From contig FLMG01002924.1 in NCBI GenBank assembly GCA_900088475.1, positions 1 to 36,030 on the forward strand: a DNA stretch of 36,030 bases. Reading direction: 5' to 3'. The notes beneath the pieces are model-generated. The model searched no databases and had not been told where the DNA came from. It was given only the letters and a program-made list of their open reading frames with translations. The stretch comes from Hyphochytrium catenoides (taxonomy: Eukaryota > Protista > Hyphochytriomycota). The position numbers and the translations under genes are program-made. Below, in pieces: positions 22,505-34,500 of the stretch; position 1 is the first letter of the stretch; the number at the start of each line of letters is the position of its first letter.

Positions 22505-25500
22505 ATGCCGCCGCCAAGCGAGCGCTGTACCGCCCCTGCTGTTTATACTTTGAAGAGGAAATGGCTGTTGATTCTTCTCTCTGCTCTCCTCGCCATCGAG
22601 GGGACAACAACTGGTGGTACACTTATGGTAGAAGCCCAGACAACGGATACACAGAGCGATGTCATGGAGTTCTTTATGACTTTGCTTGGCACTATCTTAG
22701 GTGTCGAAAAGAAGGCTCCTAGACCCACCCCAGCGCCAAGCCCTGCACCAACAAGGATACCGACGCCTGCCCCTACCCCTTGGCCAAGCTCAGGACCTAA
22801 GCCAGCACCGACCCCAAAGCCCACGACCCCCAGCCCTGTGATCTATCTCAACATTGGTCACTGCTACAAGAGTCCTGCCAGAGTCGCTGTTAACGTGAGA
22901 AACTATACCAACTACTCTGACCCAATCACCGGCACCCAGATTCCCCCTCGCATCCGAGTGAAGTTCTATTCTGGCACCTTCTTGAATGGCTCTGTTCTGA
23001 CAATATATGGTCCAAGGTTCATTCGGTGCTTCAGCGGTCCGCTCTTCAACGTCATCAACCAATCGGCCTATTCCTTGGATATCAGCCCGTACACACAAAA
23101 AGACTTAGCTATAGAAGCCCAGATACCAACAAATGCATCTTACCAAGTCATTCTGCCGCCCACCTCTAACAATACCGAGAGACAGAAGCTCTATATCTCT
23201 GTCGATAATGAATACCTTCTCTATGCAGACGGAGTACCCTTGGGAGGAGGCTCGTTCTGGCCTGCAATCCATACCTATTCTATTCCATCCGACGCTTATA
23301 TCGCCTTAAGTATCATCAACCATGGCGGTGGCCTAGGAACAGCGGGTGCCCTGGTCAAATGGGGCTCAGTAGTCTCTGACCACTCCTGGCGTTGCATCGC
23401 AGCGGACGCCCTGGACCCATTAGACGTGAGTTGGACGCTGCCGGATTACAACGATAGCTTTTGGCCCTATGCACGGGGTCATGGGACGAAGATGTCATCT
23501 CCCTGGTTTGGACGGCTTGTAGAGTCACCATACTTTAATCAGATTGACTTTGACGCCCAGTGGATCTGGGACTCTAACTTCTCCAAGAACGCCTACTGCC
23601 GCATGTCACGAACCTATAATGCTACCCTAGCTATGCAGGCTGAGCAGTATGAGCCAGTGTACATCCATGCGGATAACAGTTACGAGCTCTTCGCAAATGG
23701 CCTTTTCGTGGGCAGCAACACGTTTACCTGGGTGGGCGCCAGGTACCTCATTCCGAAAGGCGCCTTCCTATCCGTCAAGGCTAACAATACGCTGACTCCG
23801 GACTTCCGTGGAGTGATAATCTATGCTGACCGACAGCTGCCAGGCAACGTGACAAATCTGAAGTGGAAGTGTACTGATTACGGTCAACTCGGCACTGACG
23901 CTTGGAAATATGAGCACTATGGTGATAGTGGTTGGCAGTTTCCTAAGACTTATGGGACTTACTTCATGAGCCCTTGGCGAGGCGGGATGATGCCCAACAC
24001 GTGGTACTACCTGTTTCCGTCAAATGCTTTCTGGATTTGGGATACAGTGAACTCCACCGTTGTGGCTTGCCGTCAGCCTCCATTAACGGAAAATGCAACT
24101 CCTTCGGCACCTAGTACTCCTCTTCCAACCGTAGGACCCACACCAGCTTTCACCCTCGCTCCGACTCCGCAGCCTTACTTTGGGCCAACCCTTCCGCCGA
24201 CGCCTGTTCCAACACCTTTGGGTAGGTCCCAAAACAAAGAACTCTTATCCTGCGCTTATAGTTCTTCCTGTCCACCGTTATGTACGCAACTGCCACTTTC
24301 GGGGACTATGAGTTCTGCACCGATGCCCTTATCATTCGAACGATTGAGCTTCCTCATTTGATCCTAACAATATTCCTAGCTGAGTCAAGCTGCCGCACCT
24401 GTATATATCTTTTTCTTTCCTTCGTTGCATTGTCCACCATTGGTTGGCCCATGCGTCCACTAACTGTTACCTTTCTTGCTCCACCCTCTTCGGTCTCTAT
24501 CTGTCTCTTGGTAGCATCAAATAGCCCGTCTCTGGTGTACTCGACCTGCCAGTTCTCGGACGATCTTCGCTACCTGTTTTTTTCGTTTTCGAGTTCGACA
24601 TGGGCGAATACGAGCACGGAAAGCTTTCCTTGCTCTGACTATTTGGAAAGCGCAGCCTCTTTAGGTCAATCAGGTAGGCAACCTACCACATCTTTGGGAG
24701 CTCATGAGTCAATGATGTTCACCATGAGGGTAGGGCTTACTGAGCTACAAGGTAGGGATATTAGACCATTTGGCTGCGAGAGATGTTCTTAGAATAGGAG
24801 AAGCAGGAGGGGCGCCTACTGAGTACATAAGCATCCCACGGAACGTTTGATGAAGCAAAGGGCGGAGATGCTAGATTCAGCTGTAGAATCGATGACTGAC
24901 AGCCTTCCTTCTCTATCGTCTTTATCACGGTGTTCACCTCTTCTCTCTTCCTTTAGATCCTGATGGTCAGAACTGCGATTGGCTAGATCCAAGGACCCTC
25001 CACGCAACCCTGGGCCTTGACGCGGAGGTTAAACCTGGTGATGTCCTAAACTTCAACGCTTCTTCCTTTCAAGTTCAACTAGCCACAACTGAGGTCTTAG
25101 TCAGCGGTCCTATCAACCCCTTGCCTATGACCTTGTCCATTAGCGGTCCCACTACTCTGGGGTTGGTACGTCCTAACTGGTGGTGTCTATCACAACCTTC
25201 TACATCTGTCCTCCCCTTCTTGTCTTGCTTCTCAGGGATCCTATATTGCTTCGGTGTATCTGCTATAGCGCTTTCTTTACTCTGTCGCCTCATAAGCCAT
25301 TCGTCACTCTCGCTGGCTGCATTACCAATCTTGGACTTCTTACATTCAATGAGTCACTGTTTGGCCAAGTAGGGCTCTCTTCAATATGTGAGGCTCGATG
25401 ACTGGTTTTGCCTTTGTATGAATACTGGTCTGGCTCTTTTGAATCTTCTATTGATGCTGCTCCTGGTCGCAAATCCTGTCAATACTCTTAGTGTACCGAT

Positions 25501-28500
25501 CTAAGAGTTCAAGTGGATCAAGTGACAGGGACCGGAGGTCGAGAGGTCACATACGGCTGGACTGTAGAGGATACGGAGGATGAGGAAATTCGCAAGCTGC
25601 TAAGTAACCTCAACATTGGAAGTGGTAAAGTGTACCTGACCTATCCCCAAGCTTCTCTGATCTTGAAGTATTTCTCTGTTACTCTTGCCACCTCTCTAGA
25701 CAGTAAGGAAGAGGTTTACCCTATCCTGCACATAGATTACGCCATTATGCTTGTTGGTACTCCTTAGGCCCTCTCGCTACCTTTGACCTCTCATGCCTAT
25801 ACGCTAACCCGGGAGTTCGCCTCGTCCTTGGCAGGGAAGAGCGCTCTGTATCTTCCTGCTTCCCTACTACTGCCAGGTAGTAACTATACAGTCGGCGTCA
25901 CGGTATCAAATTTCCTGCAGCAGTCAGTCAATGGGTCCATCACTGTGACCAAGCAACCAAAGCCTGTGCCTACCATATCAGTCGTAGGAGGACTCGAAAG
26001 GCATATCCGAAATCCATCTCTGCGTACAGATATCACCGCTCTTGTCTCACCTCCATCGGTCTATCCCGGATGTAACAACACCTTGTTAACGCAGTCTGTT
26101 GAGATGCGATGGGATCAGTCCCCTCCGTACCCTGGGTAGGTTTTTGATAGAGGATATGCAAGTATAGAGGAAGGGCAGGCCAATTTGCATTCCTAGCAGG
26201 AGACTCTACTTCTGGTTCAAGGAGTCATGCTCCATCGTACCATCTTCTCTGCCATTCTCTTGGTTTCCACGAAGACTCTGATGTCACTGACGAATGCATC
26301 TTTCTTCTTCCAACTGCTGCTTTCGTTCGGCTCGGCAATACATTCCACATCAGGGGGAAAGCGTTGACTCTTCTGACGTCCACAACTGAGACGAGTATAA
26401 CTCTAACAATCCCTGGGGGCACGCTTTTATCCGGAGAAACGTATGACTTGTCACTCTCGGTCAATTACCAGGGAGAGACTGACATGGTTGTCATTCCAGT
26501 AAGATCAATTCTTTTATGCCACTTCATTGCTTGCGTATAATGGTTGGCTTATCAAGACTGCCACCTGCTCCTCCCTGTCTTATCCGTCAATAACCTGCAG
26601 CTTAAGGTGACCGTAGACTCGGCACCTCTCTTCCTGTCTCCCATTGGTGGCTCCAACCAAAGCTGCTCCTCGCTTCTTCCAGCGACCATTGGTGTTGATA
26701 AATTGGGCCCAGGATCTTGGGAGCCATTGCACATTGGCGCCATTGAATGGGTGAGTATAACGAGGCTGCTCAACGCAGATAGCATCGCTCCCTCCGTTGA
26801 TGCACTCCTAAAGTTTGCTCCTCACCGTTTCTGTAGAGCTGCAAAGCATGCACTTCTCCACTCTGTGAAGCATTCCAGCCCTTCTCTACATGCCTATTAG
26901 CCGGCGGTACCCCTGCCACTCTTCCGACAGCGGGCTCAAAAACACCTAGCATCACTTTGCCAGCAGGCTCCCTCGTGGGTACGTAAAACCCTAACTTTCT
27001 CTTCTTCCTTTGGGCGACAATGTCTGGGTTCTTCTGCCTCCTCGTATCTCCACCTCTGTCTATCTGCCGGGAACAGTGCTCGTTGCACTTGCCTGCCTGA
27101 TCATAACTTCGCCACCCACCTTCAAAGCGTCCTTCTTCCTCTTCAGTGCGCCATCGTAAAGCTATCTGTAATCACACATTAAATCTGGTGCATTGGAGTT
27201 GTCTTATCTTGGAATGGGAATCATCTGTGACGAGCATCACGCTGGGTTCTGACCCGGGTTTCTCATTCTTCCTATCTCCATCTTGAAACTCAACACATTC
27301 GCAGAGGGGCAGACGTACCAGTTCAATATGACTGTTATCTCACAGACGTATACATCCTCGTTCCTGACAACCCTTTGGGTCGCTCCAAATGCGCTGCCTA
27401 CCTCTGTAAACTTGCTCACTTCGCAACCCAGGGTCAACAGGTAAAGTATCGAAGGGCGAAGGGCGAGAGAGTCTGGACATACATAATCATAGCTTCAGCG
27501 GTGGCAGATGTACTAGAGTCTTGCTCTTCCGTTGTTCTTGTCAGAGTGAAACTACTCTTTGTTCTACAACTATCTCTTTTAGATGGTTTCTCATTCCCTT
27601 TTCCTCGTCCAGCGATCAAATCGTGCGCCTCCGGTCGTTCATCAATTGGGGATCTGGACTAAGTAGGACAGGAACGGAAATGGAATGGAGCATCTACCAA
27701 GGCAACGCACTNNNNNNNNNNNNNNNNNNNNNNNNNNNNNNNNNNNNNNNNNNNNNNNNNNNNNNNNNNNNNNNNGGCAGCACTCTCTCTGTCGCCCCTG
27801 GACTCCTTCTTCCTGGCTCTACGTACACGTTTTCGTTCACCTTCTCCAGTAAAGACGGACAAAGAGGTGCAGCTTCTCTTCAACTTCACGTAAATGGAGG
27901 ACCCAAACCCGGTTCATTCGTCGTAGCCCCCGACAGGGGCTTGGCCATGTCTACTATCTTTCAACTGGAGGCCACCAATTGGGAGGATGACCTTCAGGAC
28001 CTGCCTCTTAGGTAAGGCGACTTACCTTAGACGAAATTTTGTACGCTTGCCCAAATCTGTTAAGAGCCGACGGACCAAGGCAGCTCCTCGTTGAAGCTGA
28101 CAAGCCCTGTCAGTCTATGTACTGTCAACCTTATAAGGCAGCTAACTTCTTCTCTCAGGTACTCGTTTGGCATCAAGAGGGACGGGATCATGTACCCTCT
28201 CACTGACCTCTCTCACCGTAACTACCTGGATGTAAGACGTACATGCTTATCATAGTCTTGGCAACCTCTTCAACTGACCAGTGGCTTTGAACCACTTCTA
28301 CTTTGCTCTTTCCACATCAGACTGTTCTCCCACAGATCGGTAACGGGGACAAGGTCTCGGTTCTTGTCTCGGATGCCTACGGCGCGACAACCGAGGCATC
28401 AACAGGTGTCTTGGTTGCTGCACCAGGAGACTGGCAGACCGCTTTTTCCTCTTGTCTCATGTCCCTTGATGATAAGAGAAAGAGCTATGGTACGTGGCTT

Positions 28501-31500
28501 CTTCCTCCCAAGGCTGCCGCTTCCATTCACTCCTCCCTGATACTACTACCAGTGTTTGGGATCTGGGGGCCATAATCACTTTATTGGCTGCCATTGTTCA
28601 TCGTCGACAGTCTTCCTCGAAAGAAAAATGCTGACAATCTATTATGGCCTTGGCCATTCATTTGTGCGTTTGCAGAAGAAAGGCTTCCAGTTCTTCTAAC
28701 GTTGCAGACAGAATGGGTCAATAGGGTTTCCCCGAAGCTTACATGTACCACTGAAAGTAAGATGCAGAGTCTCACCCTCAGATGTAGTCTGACTTCACAT
28801 CATCATTAAAAGATCCATATGGTCTTCTTTACTATCTTTCTGTTTGCTTTGACAACAGCTCCCTACTCAGCACGCTATTGCTCTGTCTGCTCTGGCCATC
28901 TTCAGCGCAGCGCTCATGCTGCTCAAACCTTGGTACTTACAAGACGAGCTGTTCACCTTGGAGCCCGGCATGTACTCCTCAATGTCATTGCGACGAAGGT
29001 GCTTTCGGCAAGAGCTGTTCAGAAGTGGCTCAAGAGAGAGATGCAAGGTAGGTGGGGGGCAGGCCTAGGAATTTACATAGTCCGAAGAGTGAAGAAAAGA
29101 GATAGGGAAGAAAGATATATATAGAACACAAAGAACCAAGCAAAAATTGCACCAAATATATGTGTCTTACCCCTGCCCGTCTTGCATGTGCTTCTTCTCT
29201 AGAACTGCAACCCAGCGCATTCTGCTTTCACACAGCATCGAGCTCATACAGAGCCAGAGAAAGACGCAAAGTTCTTCCTCACTCTCTCTAGCGGTAGAAA
29301 GCGAGCTTCTGTGGAGGACCTCACGAGACTACGCGCACTTAGAACTAGAGAGCATGGTAAGAGAGTGAGGCGGTCTGTGGCAAGTTGCTTCCTAGGAGTA
29401 TCCCGGGTTAAGAAGCATGGAGCGGCGCTGAAGTATTTGCCAGGGATGTCACGTAATTCTGTTTCTCATATATCGACCGTCTCGACTCAGGTCAAGCTTC
29501 TGGACATTCTTGAGGCGCTTCTGCAGGATGAGCTCGCGACCACAAGTAATGATTCGGTCTTTCTACTTCTGCAATGAGTTGGCCCGTTTCTGCTTCTTCA
29601 TGCCGTCTTTTATGTTCCTCGACAACTTATTGATAATAAACGAGGGGCCCTCGCCTCCTCTGCGTATAGTCTTCATCTTCTCACTGATGGTGATTCTTTC
29701 ACAGCAGCCCCAGGTGCTACTTTTGCTCTCACTGAGGGCAAGCTTTTGGACACGGTTAGCAACCTACTTCAGCGACTGGAGAGCTTATCCTCAGTATCAG
29801 CATCGGTATCACCTGCGATCGTGAAACAGATTGAAAGTGTGACTACCTTGATAGCCAGAGTAGCCATCAAAGACGCACTACCAGGGTACGGCCACTTCAG
29901 TTCTCCATCTTGCCCTCTAAAGCATAGCAGACCTGGTTGAAAGCTTCTGTTGGACTGTCAGCACCGTTCTTGTTACATAATAGCCTCTACCGGTCATCCT
30001 ATACTTTACCTCGTGCTCTACACTCCATCTGCTTACCTTTACCATGCTGCTATCCGTCCCTGACGCTTTCTACTCGGTCATCTCTCTTTAGTGAAAGAAA
30101 GCAAGTGCTACTAGCGGAGAACGTCCAACTGGCAGCCCAGGTAGGTACTTCTCTGTCAGCGCTGTAGTCTCCTTGACAAGCGCATCGTCTCCCATGTTTA
30201 CTGTTCAATTCACATATCTCATAGCTTGTGTTCTGCTATCCTCGTTCCGCAAATAGTGTCTGGAGGAGTGATATCCTCATTGTCTAACCCATTCCGCTTG
30301 CGTTACCGCTTCACATCCCTAGTGCGCCTCCGTCGGATCCATTGCCGGCGAGAAAGTCATGGTGCCGTTTCCCTACTATGACGGCCGCTTTGATGAGGTT
30401 GGGGGCGTCATTATTCCAGCCAGTCTTGCTTCAGACGTATCTGGCTCTCTCACCCAAGAGGCAGAAGTCAAAGTCATACTTATTCGGTACACGCTGAATC
30501 CTTACGGTGGCCTTGCAGCTGCTTCTACGACAGCTGGCAACAAGTAAGAAGATAGGGTCTCCTCCTCACTCCTGTGAATGATGTTGTCTGCTATATGTCT
30601 CTCGGGCTTGAACCGATGGCTACTCGGCTGTTCGTCGCTCACTCTTTGCCGTGGCTGACCTTCGAGCTTACGGATTTAATATAGCTCTGTCTTAATGCAT
30701 GTTTCTAGAGTATTATTGAATAGAAAGCTACTCTGTCTCCTGTTTACCTACCTTTCAGGCAGCTGACTTTGTCTTTTGCCTCACAGTCCAAACGTCTCGA
30801 CCCCTGTCTATGCCTTCAAGCTTTTAACTGAGACTGGGGAGGAAGTCCATCCTCACAGTCTGTCGTCTCCTTTAGCCGTTTACCTCCCTGACATGTCTGG
30901 GATCAATTACTACGCGTCCAACCCGCCACTGCCACAGTCGTTTTCCTTCATATGCGAGGAAGACTTCGAGGAGACCGTCAGCTTCACATGTACTGATGGG
31001 AAAACAGTCACCTATGAGGTAAGTCCGACAATTCGAAAGATGCCGGAGGGAAAGGAATGGGGTTTTTTCCTGCATGTGTGGGTACGCCAAAGGAGACAGA
31101 GAGAAAGGACGTCAGGAAAGAGACAAAGGCGCTTTGATCCTCCTACCTGTTAGCTTTATTCTTTTTGGCTGGTCACGTGTGACTGGGCATCATTCAGTCT
31201 TATTGGATCCTGCTTTGCTTCAATGGCCCGATCCGCAGCGCGTCTGTCTTGACGCTTTCAATTCCCTCTTAGGAGTCTATCGGCACTCCATCGTCCTTTC
31301 TTTCTGTTGACGTTTCCTTCTCCTTATCTGTCATCATGCTGATCCTCTCTCTGCTGCCAGTGTACTGGAGAACCTTATGCAGGGATACTCTACTGCGAGC
31401 TTCACTATGAGAAGGTTGAATGCGCCTATTGGAATAGTTCTACAGCCATGTGGCAGGACACTGTTTATGATGCCAAGGACATAGACAGCGTAAAGAGTGT

Positions 31501-34500
31501 TTGCCTATATGATACCTTCGGACCAGGTACACAAGAAGCTAATTCTTACCGTTTGGTTACGTTTGCTTCTTCTGCCCTCATCCTCTTGTTCCTGAGCAAC
31601 TAGCATGGTGGCTTTACTTGTTGCCAGATCTCAGCTATTATCTCTTCGTCCCTCGAACCAATCCTTCATTCCCATCGTCAACCTATCTACTCACGATATT
31701 CTTTAACCCTTCTACCGATGTATCTTCCCTCTAGCTTTTGCGGCTCAACCCGTCTACGCCATAGAGCACGCCAAAGCTGGCCCGGACAATTCTAACGCTC
31801 TAGCTGGTTTGATCACACCGAACACCACCTTGGAATCCCCCATTGCCGTCTTTATTGCGGTCGCGTTTCTTTGGAGTGTCCTCCTTCTTTCCCTTCTCAT
31901 CATCTTCTTTGGGTGGAAGAAAAGGAACGATTTCGAAAAGGCAAGACGCAGCTTGTATGTTGACAGTATTCCTGCTGTGATGGCTGCGCGACTGGAATGT
32001 CTACAGAGGGGCAAGAGCCGGAGAGACGAAGGTGATTGGGATGGAGGCTTCGGAAAGGAGAGCGAAATGTACATGGCCTCTTTACCCGCTGTCTCTACTC
32101 TTAATCCTGGTAACTTTGTGGCCAAAGACGTTGTAAACGCCACAATCGACCTCGCCACTTCCAGATTCAAGAAGATGGTGCTGAGATTGCAGAGCAACTT
32201 GTTTGCATGGTAAGAAGGTCAACCTGCATGAACAATGTCAAATGATAGTCATTTCTCACATGGAAGAGGGACTTAGAGATCGCATTACCTTAGCTAAGTA
32301 AACTCCTCCATTCTCTTCACTCTTTTGACCAAATTGCGGACTCACTAGGACCACCAAGGCTCCACACTTAAGAGAGAGCGTCAACATCCTCCTCAGTGAC
32401 GTTGAGCTTATGGTAAGTCCAATCCACCGACGTATATTGACCAGGTTGTCACACGGCAGTGCTATTGTGATGGCAATGTTCCTAGCTCTATGTCGTTCTT
32501 CCGCCCTTACTAAGACTGCCAAAATTGGACGGAGCCTGTAGCTCTCACGACCCGAGCTTCGCTCTACCTCGGACTGTCCATATCATTTGCTAATGCTAAC
32601 TCTCGTCTATCAACCTGCAGAGACCGTCACCGTTGCATCGCTTATTGGTCTTTGTGACACTTCTGGCGGTCCCTATGCTTGCGACCTCACTCGTCCTTTT
32701 CGGTAAGGGCTGCTCTTCACACTGATGACCGTCAGCTTATCATTGGACTGCCATTTTCAACCGCTGATGTTCACTCACGTTGCTGTGACTGTTGCTTCGT
32801 TATCTATCTTCTTTGCTTATTTGACGGAGTCATCTTCTTCTTGCTAAAGGACTTTGCTAAACCTAATCTGATGACCTGCAGGTAGCAGTCGGCTCAAGTC
32901 CAGAAGATTTTTCCCAACGGTTGCGGACGGAGTGTCAATGTTCATCCTGATCATTGTTCTCTCCGTTATCCTCTCTCTTTCTTTCACCTTGCTTCTCTCC
33001 TTGGGGTTTAGACTCGCCAAGAAGGCCAAAGTCTCTAAGAAAAGGTGAGAGGAGCTCTCAACACGTTCCCTTGTACTGACGTAAACTCCCAGCAGAGAAG
33101 CTTCAGTCAACTGACGAGTAATCCTATTGCAGATATGAAGACCTTGCGATATTGGATGAGATGGGAGAGATCACTGTTCCTGTCGAGTAAGAACTTATCC
33201 AATATCTCTTCTTGCAGATAGAGAGAATTGTCTAACAATTGTTCTTTTATATTGCTTCTCTTCTACCCGCTTTTAGGTGGGAAGGTACTCTCCATGCTTT
33301 GATGTTTCTCATGGAGAAACTTCGCCGCGCTGACTATAGACTGCAGGTGAGTCATCAAAAAGAACACCCAGCGTCAGTTTGAGAGGTTGGCAAGAAGGAG
33401 GAGAGTTGTGTGCAAAAGTCGACGCGGTCAAGAGAAAACTTTATGTGCTACAGCCAATTCTTGCACTTGGTTAATGTGCTTGACTAGACTCACACCGTGC
33501 TTGTTTCTTTTCTTCCCTTTTCTTTCTATTATTTAATCCAATATAGATGGCGTATACTAAGGCTGAGATTGACGGGTACGATGGATCTCCTCCACCGCCA
33601 GAGTATATCCAATTTGCGGAGGAAGAGAGGGCCCGTTTGCAGCATCTGGTAGAGACTGAGAAGCAGAAGTTGCCCCAGGATCTTCAGGACGAATTCAAGA
33701 AGGGAGAGAAGAAAAGCCTTCCCATTAACCACGCCAGACTACTATTGGTACACCCCATAGATCAGGTAAGGCAAAAAGGGAGACATGAGTCCATTGTCCT
33801 CGCTCATCCATCCCTTTCAGGATCTTTAGTCTTGCAAGTCGAATAATCTCCGTTCCCAATTCTCTTGTCTTGTTACCTCTCTTTACTGCCGAACTTCTGT
33901 TCATACTAGTTTCCACTAATAGACTAATCTATGGTTGGCGTGGACGCCCTCTTACTTGCTTAGGTTCACTACGTCTGCGAGATGGAGAATATCGGCTCCC
34001 GTCGTCGGCTTCTGAAGCTCTTCTTCATGCACTTCGGAGGACGCACCTCTCTTCCTACACCACCCTCCCAGTTTCGCCTTCAGTGGCTAGAGAAACTCAG
34101 TATTCTTGGATTTGCCCTCATTCTCTTGGTGACAACTGCCTGCGCTATTAGCTTTGGCTCTGTCGCCTTCCGGTCCGCCCAAAGCGCATGGCTGGGCATC
34201 AGTATTACCTGCATCATCATCAACATTCTACTGCTATCACCTCTGCTGCGCTTTTATAGAAGAGGTGCACTCCTCTCCCTCTCTCCCATACTCTCAAAGG
34301 CGATGTGGTTCCATTCAACATCTCCCTTGGGCAAGAATAAGGCAGGAAAAGGAAAACAGACAGCCGTTGAGGCATTGGAAGATGGCGTCTTTGGCGACGG
34401 TAAGCTGATGATCAGTATTTCACCTCAGGCACTGCAAGTTAGTGCTCCTTCTTCATCAGTGAACTTAAGGTTCATTTGTCCTTTGACCACATCTGGAAGC

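Noticed and set aside
22720-22840. PAPTP-like repeats as a DNA tandem repeat or CRISPR-like array
   Set aside because: The repetition is at the protein level (mucin-like stalk) with divergent codons, and there is no repeat-spacer structure.
12880-29885. Duplication as an assembly artefact (haplotig or collapsed repeat)
   Set aside because: The copies are strongly diverged in protein sequence and their introns show no visible similarity, which indicates an old duplication.
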